A stretch of 64,000 bases of DNA from an uncultured Planctomycetota bacterium (GTDB lineage Bacteria; Planctomycetota; Planctomycetia; Isosphaerales; Isosphaeraceae), in contig CAWJTV010000041.1 of the NCBI GenBank assembly GCA_963845755.1, positions 416,001 through 480,000 of the forward strand. The letters run 5' to 3'. Below, piece by piece: positions 55,220-64,000 of the stretch; within the stretch, counting starts at the first letter, position 1, and the number at the start of each line of letters is the position of its first letter. The notes below the pieces were generated by a model. The model saw only the letters and a program-made list of their open reading frames with translations. It was not told the origin of the DNA and ran no database searches. The position numbers and the translations under genes were made by a program.

Positions 55220-58021
55220 TCAGTCTATCGGGCGCACGTCCCAGATCACGATCGAGGTATCCTGCAGCCCCGCGACGATCTGCTTGCCGTCGGGCGTGAA
55301 GCCGAGCGCGTCGATCCAGGCGCACGGCGCCTCGATCGTCTGGATTTCCTTCTTGTCCCGCAGCCGGAAGATGTGGATGATCCCGCGCGCCGGCGGATAA
55401 TACGAGGAGAACGTGCCGACGGCGATGAATTGCTCATCGGGAGAAAACGCCATGAGTTGAACGCGGGATTGGGGGATCTCGATCTCGCGGCGCACGTGGC
55501 CGGTCCGGGCGTCGAGCCAGACGATCGTGCTCGCAACGGTCGAGGGGTCCTGGCGGCTGTTCCCGTCGGCCAGCATGATCGGCTTGCCGGGGCTGAATCG
55601 GACGGTGGCCTTGCTCTGGCCATCCAACGAGAAGACGGACAGATCAGGCGGGACGAGCGGCAATGCCGCAGCGACAGCAGGGTCCACAGGCTTCTTCTGG
55701 TTCGGCTGGTCGATGAGGCGTTCCTTCCCGGTCGAGAGATCCCAGCCCAGGAGGGAGCCGTCACGCATCGTGACGATCGCGGAGGAGCCATCCCCGCCGA
55801 GGGTCACGTCCCGTAGGATCTCGCTCGCGACCGGCCAGGTATGAAGCCGCTCACCCGTTTTGAGGTTCCAGAGATGGACGTTCTTCGGGTAGGCCACGCC
55901 CGCGGCGAGGAACGACCCATCGGCGGAGACCGCGAGCGACCGGACCCAGCCGTCGTGGGCGAGGACTTTCGTCGGTCGGCCGGTCGCCAGGTCCCAGACC
56001 CGGACCGTTCGGTCGTCGCTGCCGGAGATGAGCGTCTTGCCGTCGGCGGGGAAGGCGAGGGCGTAGACGCCGCCCAGATGGGCCTCGGGAGTGGCCAGGC
56101 GGTCCTTGCCCGTCGCCAGGTCCCAATAGTGCAGGGCCTCTCGGCCGCCGGTGGTCGCGAGCGTCCTCCCATCCGGTGAGAACGCCATCGGGCTGTCGCT
56201 ACTGAACGTGCCCGCTAACAGGTCGAATTCCTTGCCGAAAGCGCCCAGCTCCATCCCGTTCCCGGCGGCGAAGAGCACCAGCGGGCGACCAGGCCCCGTC
56301 GCGGCGAGGAGCTTTCCGTCGGGCGAGAAAAGGACCTGGTACACGGACTGGCCCTTCGGACTCTGGAAGCGCCTGACCAGAGTCCCGTCGCTGACTCTCC
56401 AGAGCCGGATTTCCGCCTCGTCTGTTTTCATCCCCGCGGCCAGGGTCGATCCATCGGGCGAGAAGGCGAGACCTGTTGGAGGGTGCTCTCCCTCGATCGC
56501 GATCGTCCTCACATCGCGGAGTTGTGCCGCGTCCCAGAGGCGAATGACCCGGTCGGAGGCGATCGCCAGCAGGTGGCTCGCCGCCCGGGGCGAGAACGCG
56601 ATCGATGCGTGGTTCTGCCTGCCTCCCAGGCGTTCCTCGTACAAGAGTTTCGCGGTGGCGACGTCCCAGAGTCGGAAGGTGCCATCGTCGCTCTCGGTCG
56701 CGACCGTCTTGCCATCAGGGGAGTAGGCCAGCTCATCTTCCGCGGATCGCATGTCCCATTCGCCCCGGCGAATCGTGCGGCCCGTGGCGACTTCGATGAA
56801 GGTGAGTTGCCAGACCGCGAGGTTCCGCTTGGGAGCGAACCCGACTCCCTCGACGGCGATGAGCGTCCTATCGGGCGACAAGGCGAAGTCGTGAACTTGC
56901 TCCACTCCCGCGTCGATCTGGCGCAGCTTCCTCCCGTCTCGTGCATCCCAGACCTGGAGGAAATTCTCCTGGGTATCCGTCAAGACGAGCTGATCGTCCG
57001 GCGAATAGGCGATGTGGCCGATGTGCGGGAATTGGCGGAATCGGATGGTGCCCAGACGCATCGCCGCTCCGGGCGGCAAGGGGTCGCCGTAGCGATCGGT
57101 GCGCGGCGGCTGAGATGCGCCGGATATCCTGGCGACGGCCGGGCGGGGATCGGGTTGGCCAGATTCATGGGCCACCGTTGCGAGAGCATGCCAGGTCCAA
57201 TAGCTGCCCCCGAGGCCGAGGCATACCAGGACCGTCGTGAGTGTGAGCCGGTTCAGCAACATGGAATTCAGCACTCCCCGCGCGAGGACGGCGGCCGTGT
57301 TGCCTGCCATGAACCCCAGCGCGATGCGACTGGTCGAATGAATCAGCGTCACGGGTATGGCCACCTGGGCTTGACCGGCCGCACCGGCGACGAAGAGACC
57401 GGCCGGCACTGTCACGCCACGACGGGTCAGCCTCCGGCGCAACCGCTCGCGCGCCCGGGCCAGCCGGCCGCGGACCGCCGTCTCGGAGAGCCCGAGCTGA
57501 TGCGCGGCCGCGTCGTAGGTCAACCCTTGCAGGTAGCAGAGCACGATCGGCGCGCGAAGATGCTCGGGTAAACCGTTGACTTCCTCGTGGAGGAACTCCC
57601 AGTCGGGATCGCGCTCCGCCGGGAGATAAGATTCGGAGGCTTGCCCGGCGACGCGCTGGTTCAGCGCGTGCCGGCGCGCGGCGCTCCGCCGGGCGCGAGT
57701 GGCCACGCGCTGTGCGACTCCGAAGAGCCAGCTCGCGACCGATCCGCTCCGGCGGATCGACCCGGCCCGGTTGGCCAGGACGAGGAAGACCGCCTGGAAG
57801 GCATCCTCCGCGTCGTGGGCGTTGTGGAGGACGCTGCGGCAAACCCGAAGCACCATCGGGCCGTGCCGGATCACCAGCTCCTCGAACGCCGCCTCCGCGG
57901 CCTCATCGCGCCGGGAGACGACCTGGTCCAGGAGTTGCGGATCGGACATCGTACCGACCGCTCCCAGGTGAAACAGCCGGTGCACCTGCCGGAGCAGCCG
58001 ATCTGATGGGCTGATGGCCAT
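55220..58021 (-). CDS. ECF sigma-70 factor with TM helix and C-terminal WD40 repeats (planctomycete type)
   Basis: AFEELVIRHGPMVLRVC, DAEDAFQAVFLVL, IVLCYLQGLTYDAAA, TDRYGDPLPPGAAMRLGT, WD repeats. Confidence 0.92.
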   Translation of the reverse strand: MAISPSDRLLRQVHRLFHLGAVGTMSDPQLLDQVVSRRDEAAEAAFEELVIRHGPMVLRVCRSVLHNAHDAEDAFQAVFLVLANRAGSIRRSGSVASWLFGVAQRVATRARRSAARRHALNQRVAGQASESYLPAERDPDWEFLHEEVNGLPEHLRAPIVLCYLQGLTYDAAAHQLGLSETAVRGRLARARERLRRRLTRRGVTVPAGLFVAGAAGQAQVAIPVTLIHSTSRIALGFMAGNTAAVLARGVLNSMLLNRLTLTTVLVCLGLGGSYWTWHALATVAHESGQPDPRPAVARISGASQPPRTDRYGDPLPPGAAMRLGTIRFRQFPHIGHIAYSPDDQLVLTDTQENFLQVWDARDGRKLRQIDAGVEQVHDFALSPDRTLIAVEGVGFAPKRNLAVWQLTFIEVATGRTIRRGEWDMRSAEDELAYSPDGKTVATESDDGTFRLWDVATAKLLYEERLGGRQNHASIAFSPRAASHLLAIASDRVIRLWDAAQLRDVRTIAIEGEHPPTGLAFSPDGSTLAAGMKTDEAEIRLWRVSDGTLVRRFQSPKGQSVYQVLFSPDGKLLAATGPGRPLVLFAAGNGMELGAFGKEFDLLAGTFSSDSPMAFSPDGRTLATTGGREALHYWDLATGKDRLATPEAHLGGVYALAFPADGKTLISGSDDRTVRVWDLATGRPTKVLAHDGWVRSLAVSADGSFLAAGVAYPKNVHLWNLKTGERLHTWPVASEILRDVTLGGDGSSAIVTMRDGSLLGWDLSTGKERLIDQPNQKKPVDPAVAAALPLVPPDLSVFSLDGQSKATVRFSPGKPIMLADGNSRQDPSTVASTIVWLDARTGHVRREIEIPQSRVQLMAFSPDEQFIAVGTFSSYYPPARGIIHIFRLRDKKEIQTIEAPCAWIDALGFTPDGKQIVAGLQDTSIVIWDVRPID

Positions 58022-58366
58022 TCGTTCCGACCTCCTCGGTTGGTGGTCTACTCAAAGTAGTACCCGCTCATCGGAGGCTCCTCACGGCGATTCTTCGGAA
58101 TCCAAGTTCTTTGCTCGAGTGTTCTATCGCCTTGCAGCCGCGGACTGACTCGATCAGGACAGGCGCGGGTCGGTCCTGGCTCGTCGGGTTCGAATTCCAG
58201 TCTTCCCGGTAGCGGTCATTCTCCCCGGCGCGGTCTTGAGAAGAACCACGGTGCCTACCGTTACCTTCGCCAGCCCCGTAAAAAACCGCGTTGGTTTCCG
58301 AACCGGCTCCTGCTATGATGATCGCTCTTGCGGGAGCGGGATGAAACGCTGGAAACGATCGAAACC

Positions 58367-60649
58367 ATGAAACGAAACAGCGAGATTCAGAAGATCGCGT
58401 TCGTCGGCGATTACCTGCCGAGGAAATGCGGCATCGCGACCTTCACCTACGACCTCTGCACGTCGATCGCCACCCAGTACCCCGGATCCGATTGCTTCGT
58501 CGTTCCGGTCAACGACCTGCCGCAAACCTACGACTATCCGGCGGAGGTGCGGTTCGAGATCGAGGAGCAGGAGGTCGATTCCTACCTGCGCGCGGCCGAC
58601 TTCCTCAATTTTGCCAACACCGATATCGTCAGCCTCCAGCACGAGTACGGCATCTTCGGCGGCCCGTCGGGCAGCCACGTCCTGCGGCTGTTGCGCGACC
58701 TGCGGACGCCGATTGTCACGACCCTCCACACGGTGCTGCGCGATCCCAATCCCGATCAGCATCGGGTGCTCTGCCAGGTCGCCGAGCTCTCGGCCCGGCT
58801 GATCGTGATGTCCGACCGCGCCCGCACGTTCCTCCGCGAGGTCTACAACGTCCCGGAAGCCAAGATCGACCTGATCGCCCACGGCATCCCCGACATGCCG
58901 TTCGTCAACCCCAACTTCTACAAGGATCAATTCGGGGTCGAGGGGAAGTTTGTCGCCCTGACGTTCGGGCTGCTGTCGCCCAACAAGGGGATCGAGCAGA
59001 TGCTCCGGGCGATGCCGGCGATCCTCAAGGAATTCCCCAACTTCGTCTACATCGTGCTGGGAGCCACCCATCCCAACTTGCTCCGCGAGCAAGGGGAGCG
59101 GTATCGGATCAGCCTGGAGCGGCTGGCCAAGGACCTGGGCATCAAGCCGAACGTGAGCTTCTACAACCGGTTCGTCGACATTAACGAGCTGATCGAGTTC
59201 ATCGGCATGGCGGACATCTATATCACGCCGTACCTGAACCCGGCGCAGATCACGTCGGGGACGCTGGCGTACTCGTTCGGCTGCGGCAAGGCGGTGATCT
59301 CGACGCCGTACTGGTACGCCGAGGAGCTGCTGGCCGAGGGCCGAGGAGTGCTGGTCCCCTTCGGCGATTCGGGAGCCCTGGCGCGCGAGGTCTGCGAGCT
59401 CTTGCGCGACGAGCCGCGGCGGCACGCCATGCGGAAGAAGGCGTACCTCCTGGGCCGGGAGATGATCTGGAGCCATGTGGCCCACCTCTACATGGGGTCG
59501 TATCACCGGGCGCGGCGGAGCCGGCTGGACGTGCCGTACAAGCCATTGGCCGTCCGGATGCTGGCCGAGCAGCCGATGGACCTGCCCGGCTGGCGATTCG
59601 ATCATCTGATCCGCATGAGCGACTCGGCGGGCCTGCTGCAGCACGCCAGCTCGGCGATCCCCAACTTCGGCGAAGGCTATTGCACCGACGACAACGCGCG
59701 GGCCCTGCTGTTGACCGTGCTCCTGGAGCAGCTCGGCCAGGTCCCGGCGCGAGATGCACCGGCTGGCGACCACGTACGCCGCGTTCCTGAATCACGCGTT
59801 CGACCGATCGCGCGGCCGGTTCCGCAACTTCCTGGGCTTCGACCGCCGATGGCTCGAGGAGGTCGGCTCCGAGGACTGCCACGGCCGGGCGCTCTGGGCG
59901 CTGGGGGCCTGCGTGGGCCGCTCGAAGCGCCGCGACCTGCAATTCTGGGCCTCCCAGATCTTCGACCTGGCGCTGCCGGCGATCACCGAGACGACCTCGC
60001 CCCGGGCCTGGGCCTTCGGCTTGATCGGCGTTTGCCTGTACCTTCAGCGGTTCTCCGGCGCCCGGCCGGCCAGCCAGGTGCGCGACGCGCTGACCGAGCG
60101 GCTGATCGAGCGCTTCGAAAAAGCGGCGACCGAATCCTGGTCCTGGTTCGAGGACGTCCTGGCGTATGACAACGCCAAGCTGCCGCATGCCCTGATCGCC
60201 AGTGCCCGATCGGGGGGGAGCCCCCAGGCCCTGAGCGTCGGACTCCCGCCCTGCGCTGGCTGGTCGATCAGCAGAAGTCCCAGAGCGGCTACCTTCGCCC
60301 GATCGGGTCCAACGGCTTCTATCGACGAGACGGCGACCGCGCCCAGTTCGACCAGCAGCCGATCGAGGCCCACGCGACCGTCTCGGCTTGCCTCGAGGCC
60401 TACCATGCCACCGAGGAGCCCGGCTGGCTCCAGGAGGCCCGGCTGGCGTTCGAATGGTTCCTCGGCGGCAACGACCTGGGGCTTGACATCTACGATGCCA
60501 AGACCGGTGGCTGCTGCGACGGGCTCCAGGAGGATCGCGTCAACCTGAACCAGGGGGCCGAGTCGACCCTCGCCTTCCTCCTGGCACTCGGGGAGATGAA
60601 GCTCGTCGAAAGCACGCCCGCCACGCTCCGCCAGTTGCAGGTGAACTGA
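58367..60649 (+). CDS. GT4 glycosyltransferase with C-terminal alpha/alpha-toroid-like domain (frameshifts near 59745 and 60245)
   Basis: PRKCGIATFT, LQHEYGIFGG, FGLLSPNKGIE, SGTLAYS, GYCTDDNARAL, FDQQPIEA, NQGAESTLA. Confidence 0.9.
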
Positions 60650-60721
60650 ATTGGCCCGCCAACCTCATTCGAAAAACGCGTCCTATCCTTCTCTTGACAT
60701 CGAGGTCAGGAGGCAAAATCC

Positions 60722-62267
60722 ATGGAAGTGAACGGATCGACGACGACTACAGAGCCCGCGGCCCCCACGGCCCGGATGGTTTTCCCGGCCGGTACGGCCA
60801 GGGGCCGCGGCCGGCTGGATGTCCGGCGCACGGGCATCGTCCTGAAGCCCAGCAACGCCCGGGTCGTGATCCGGCCGTTCGAGCTGGCCAACGAGAACCG
60901 CGTCGAGCGGATCATCGCGCGACTCATGTCCCTCGCGGAGCCGGAGGTTGACTCCCTCATCGAGGGCGTGATGCGCGAGTTTTACAACCGGCACCAGAAG
61001 ACCCGCCATTTCTTCTTGCACCGGTTCGAGCAGGTTCGCCGTCATCTCCTGACGGACCAGCACCTGAGCGAGAACCGGCGAATGCTGATCGGCTCCTATT
61101 TCGCTCAGGAATATGCGCTGGAATCGGCGGCCTTGTTCAACCCGTCGATGGTCTGGCACCCGGACCAGTCGGGCTTGCCCGAGGGCTCGCGACGGTTCGT
61201 GCTGAGCCTCCGCGCCACCGGCGAGGGACACATCTCGTCGATCACGTTCCGGAGCGGGGCGGTCGACGCAGAGAGTCGCATCCGCATGGACGAGTCGACG
61301 CGGTTCGTCACGGCCCCCGAGATGGTCCCCAACACGCTTTTCGACAAGACGCTGTTCTACCGCAAGTTGATCGAGCTCGGCGTCGAAGGCCCGTTCACCG
61401 GCCAGGTCCTGGCCACGCTCAGCGACCAGTTCACGCTCGACGAGCTCCAGAACGCGGTCGCTCGGGGCCTGCACCAGAGCCGGCCGCGGCATCATCGAGC
61501 TCGAGCCGGTCTCCCGGGGGATGCTGACCCTCGCCAAGGCCAACTACGAGATCGGGTTTTCCCCCGATCAGCACATCTCCGAGCGGATCATCTTCCCCTC
61601 GTCGCCGACCGAGGTCAACGGCATCGAGGACGCCCGGTTCGTCCAGTTCATCGAGGACGACGGCTCGTTCCGGTATTACGCCACCTACACGGCCTTCGAC
61701 GGCAAGGTGGTCCTGCCCCAGATCCTCGAGACCGACGACTTCCTCCGGTTCAAGATCAGCACCCTGAACGGCCCCGAGGTCCGGAACAAGGGCTTCGCGC
61801 TGTTCCCGAGGAAGGTCCGGGGGCTCTACGCGATGCTCTCGCGGCAGGATAATGAGAACATCTACCTGATGTACTCGGATATGCTCCACTTCTGGTACAC
61901 CAAGGAGCTGATCGCCAAGCCGACTTACGCGTGGGAGTACGTGCAGCTCGGCAACTGCGGCTCGCCGATCGAGACCGAGGCGGGCTGGCTGGTGCTGACT
62001 CACGGCGTCGGTGCGATGCGCAAGTACGCCATGGGTGCGTTCTTGCTCGACCTCGACGACCCATCGCGGGTGATCGGCCGGCTGGACGTGCCGCTCCTGG
62101 AGCCCGATGCCAACGAACGCGAAGGCTACGTGCCCAACGTCGTCTACAGTTGCGGCGCCGTGCTCCACAACCGCGAGCTGATCATCCCTTATGCCATGTC
62201 GGACTACGCCAGTACCTTTGCCACGGTGTCGGTCGATCAGGTGCTGGAGGCGATGGTCCGGGAGTGA
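60722..62267 (+). CDS. GH130-like glycosidase/phosphorylase (frameshift near 61495)
   Basis: ALFNPS, LRATGEGHISS, GIEDARFV, NKGFALFPRK, GNCGSPI, GYVPNVVYSCG. Confidence 0.9.
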
Positions 62268-62478
62268 TCCGTCTTGATTCTCTTCGAGGGGAGGACGGGG
62301 ATCCCTGGGAGCATCGCCCTTCGGGCTCGACCCCAGCCACCCCCAAGTTTGGTGAGGCGGATCCCAAGGTGGCTGGGATCAAGCCGGCTCTGGCGGCGCA
62401 GGTCGCAGTGAGCCCAGGCGGCGAAGTTTCTCACCGCAGAGGTCTCCCGGCTGCGCCGAATCCGGGTGGACGGTTACG

Positions 62479-62982
62479 TCAAACCTCCAGCTCCCTCTCG
62501 ACGCCGTCCGGGAAGCGGGCGCGAATCGAGAGCGACGCACCCATCGCTTCCACGACTCGGGCCAGAGTGCTGATCTTCAGATCACCCCGGCCTTCGATCC
62601 GGGAGATATTGGCCTGCCCGACGCCTGCTCGCTCGGCCAACTCCTCCTGAGAGATTCCCAGGTACTGGCGCAGCTCGGCCAGCCGGACGGCGCGAGGTGG
62701 CTCGGTCCGACCGCCCGAGAGGACCAGGCGCACGACGCGGTCGAACGCAGCCTTCGCATTGGGATAGAGCTCATCCGGCCCGAAACCGTAGTCGTCCGCT
62801 TCCGGCGTGGAGACCCCGAAACCCCGATCGGGCCGCCACTCGACAACCACGGGCCGAGCGTCGCCATCGCGACGAACGTCGAGGAACCATGAGCCCTGGA
62901 CGTCGGCCGGCTCGTCGATCGCGACGGCGAGACTGGGGAATCGCTTGGCCAGATCGTCCCGAAGTCGCTCGACTTGATTCAT
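62479..62982 (-). CDS. XRE/Cro HTH protein with an unassigned ~90-aa N-terminal domain (putative antitoxin)
   Basis: C-terminal LAELRQYLGISQEELAERAGVGQANISRIEGRGDLKISTLARVVEAMG. Confidence 0.8.
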   Translation of the reverse strand: MNQVERLRDDLAKRFPSLAVAIDEPADVQGSWFLDVRRDGDARPVVVEWRPDRGFGVSTPEADDYGFGPDELYPNAKAAFDRVVRLVLSGGRTEPPRAVRLAELRQYLGISQEELAERAGVGQANISRIEGRGDLKISTLARVVEAMGASLSIRARFPDGVERELEV

Positions 62983-62999
62983 GCTCGTACCCCTTTTCC

Positions 63000-63359
63000 T
63001 CAAACCGTCCGGCCGTCGGCCCCCGGCTTGGCGAGGATCGTCCGACCGGATAAGTCCCGGATCTCGATGGCCCCGTTGTCGCCGATCAGCGTGTTGTGAG
63101 CCTTGCTCGGAAACCGTTTCACATCGTTCCGCCCGGAGACGGACCATAGACTGTCCCACAGCGGAGGGTACATTCGACCGTCGTTCTGCCAGATGGCCGG
63201 GTCGAAGGGGATGGATGTCATCTCGTCCTCGACGGAATTGAGGATGTCGCTGAGCTACCGAAACGCCTCGTCGAAGGTGGAAGCGGCGGGCGCCATCTCG
63301 AGGCGCCGCAAAAACTCCGCGAATCGCTCGGCCCTGGTTGCGTTCGGGGGCTCATCCAT
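63000..63359 (-). pseudogene. Putative small toxin-like protein with an in-frame TAG at 63255-63257
   Basis: MDEPPNATRAERFAEFLRRLEMAPAASTFDEAFR*LSDILNSVEDE..DGRMYPP..HNTLIGDNGAIEI..KPGADG; ends 17 bp before the HTH gene. Confidence 0.65.
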
Positions 63360-63605
63360 CACCAGTTTTCCACCGATTCGTCCACTCTGTCATTATTACT
63401 TCCGTGTAATGGTCAGTCAAGAAGCGATTCGCGGGTCAGGTCCTTCATCGCAATTCATCCGGAGACGGTCGCACGCATCTCGTCGCGGTCGAATCCCTCG
63501 GCCGACCGATCGTGTTGTCAGACTCTGGACTCATGAAACTTCCGATCCTCCGACTGTTGTGATAGAGTCTGGGTAAATCGTCACTGAGGTGCTCTGGAGG
63601 TTTCT

Positions 63606-64000
63606 ATGCGAAACTTCACGATGATCGGGATGTTGGTCCTTGCGGCCCTTCAGGGACCTGATGATCAACCAAAGGCGCCTGAGGAGCAGTATCGAGTCCT
63701 CAAACACGAGCATGACATCGCGTTCGAGGCTTTTGTCAAAGCCAATCGTGAGGCGAAGACTGAGGCCGAGTTCGCCAAACTGGATAAACTCCCCGGTCGC
63801 AATGCCAGGAACTTCGCGGGGGGCTTCATGGCCCTGGCCGGGAAATACCCCGGCACGGAGGCCGCCGAGGATGCCCTGATCTGGGTCGCGTCGCATGTGG
63901 CGTTCGGCCCGGAGACGGAGGAGGCCAAGCGGTTGTTGATCCGCGATCATATCCTCGGTACCAAGCTGGCGCCGGTCTTCGCGTTTCAGGAGCGGTACAC
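63606..64000 (+). CDS. Secreted helical protein, N-terminal part (partial; resembles N-termini of planctomycete TlpA/redoxin proteins)
   Basis: Open frame MRNFTMIGMLVLAALQG..FMALAGKYPGTEAAEDALIWVASH running off the window. Confidence 0.6.
   Translation, partial: MRNFTMIGMLVLAALQGPDDQPKAPEEQYRVLKHEHDIAFEAFVKANREAKTEAEFAKLDKLPGRNARNFAGGFMALAGKYPGTEAAEDALIWVASHVAFGPETEEAKRLLIRDHILGTKLAPVFAFQERY

Noticed and set aside
55000..58100. Shared CCGTGAG..CGGG motif on the minus strand near 55040 and 58085 as an ECF promoter
   Set aside because: The spacing differs between the two sites (17 versus 14 bp), so support is insufficient.
58135..58210. GGGTTCGAATTCC, resembling a tRNA T-arm
   Set aside because: I could not build an acceptor stem, D-arm or anticodon arm, and there is no CCA end.
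36865..63257. Stop-codon reassignment or readthrough to explain the in-frame TAG/TGA codons
   Set aside because: TAG and TGA terminate many normal genes here, and each case is one transition away from TGG or CAG.

Overview
GC-rich bacterial chromosomal DNA whose gene families point to a planctomycete, probably Isosphaeraceae/Singulisphaera-like (inferred, not searched). Markers: two DUF1501 + DUF1549/DUF1553 clusters, a PSCyt1 cytochrome-WD40 protein, an ECF sigma factor fused to WD40 repeats, BlaI/M56 systems, and a LEERRLLA-type extracellular Ig-repeat protein next to a PEP-CTERM gene. About 20 genes are split by single-base indels, most likely long-read consensus errors, so many CDSs are reconstructed across frames. 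I found no rRNA, tRNA or CRISPR array. The most notable structures are: (1) a 202-bp MITE with 23-bp TIRs and an exact 8-bp TSD, carrying a perfect REP-like palindrome, inserted in a decayed type III-like DNA methyltransferase; (2) an intact IS200-type TnpA bracketed by ~88-bp inverted repeats; (3) a REP-flanked RAYT inside an operon, plus several other palindrome families; (4) two unclassified toxin/antitoxin-like gene pairs; (5) tandem membrane-anchored J-domain genes with a duplicated promoter; (6) a complete tipA-like MerR promoter/operator and a candidate internal start; (7) one BlaI operator ahead of two M56 sensors; (8) a head-to-head junction of two 5'-truncated genes near 950.
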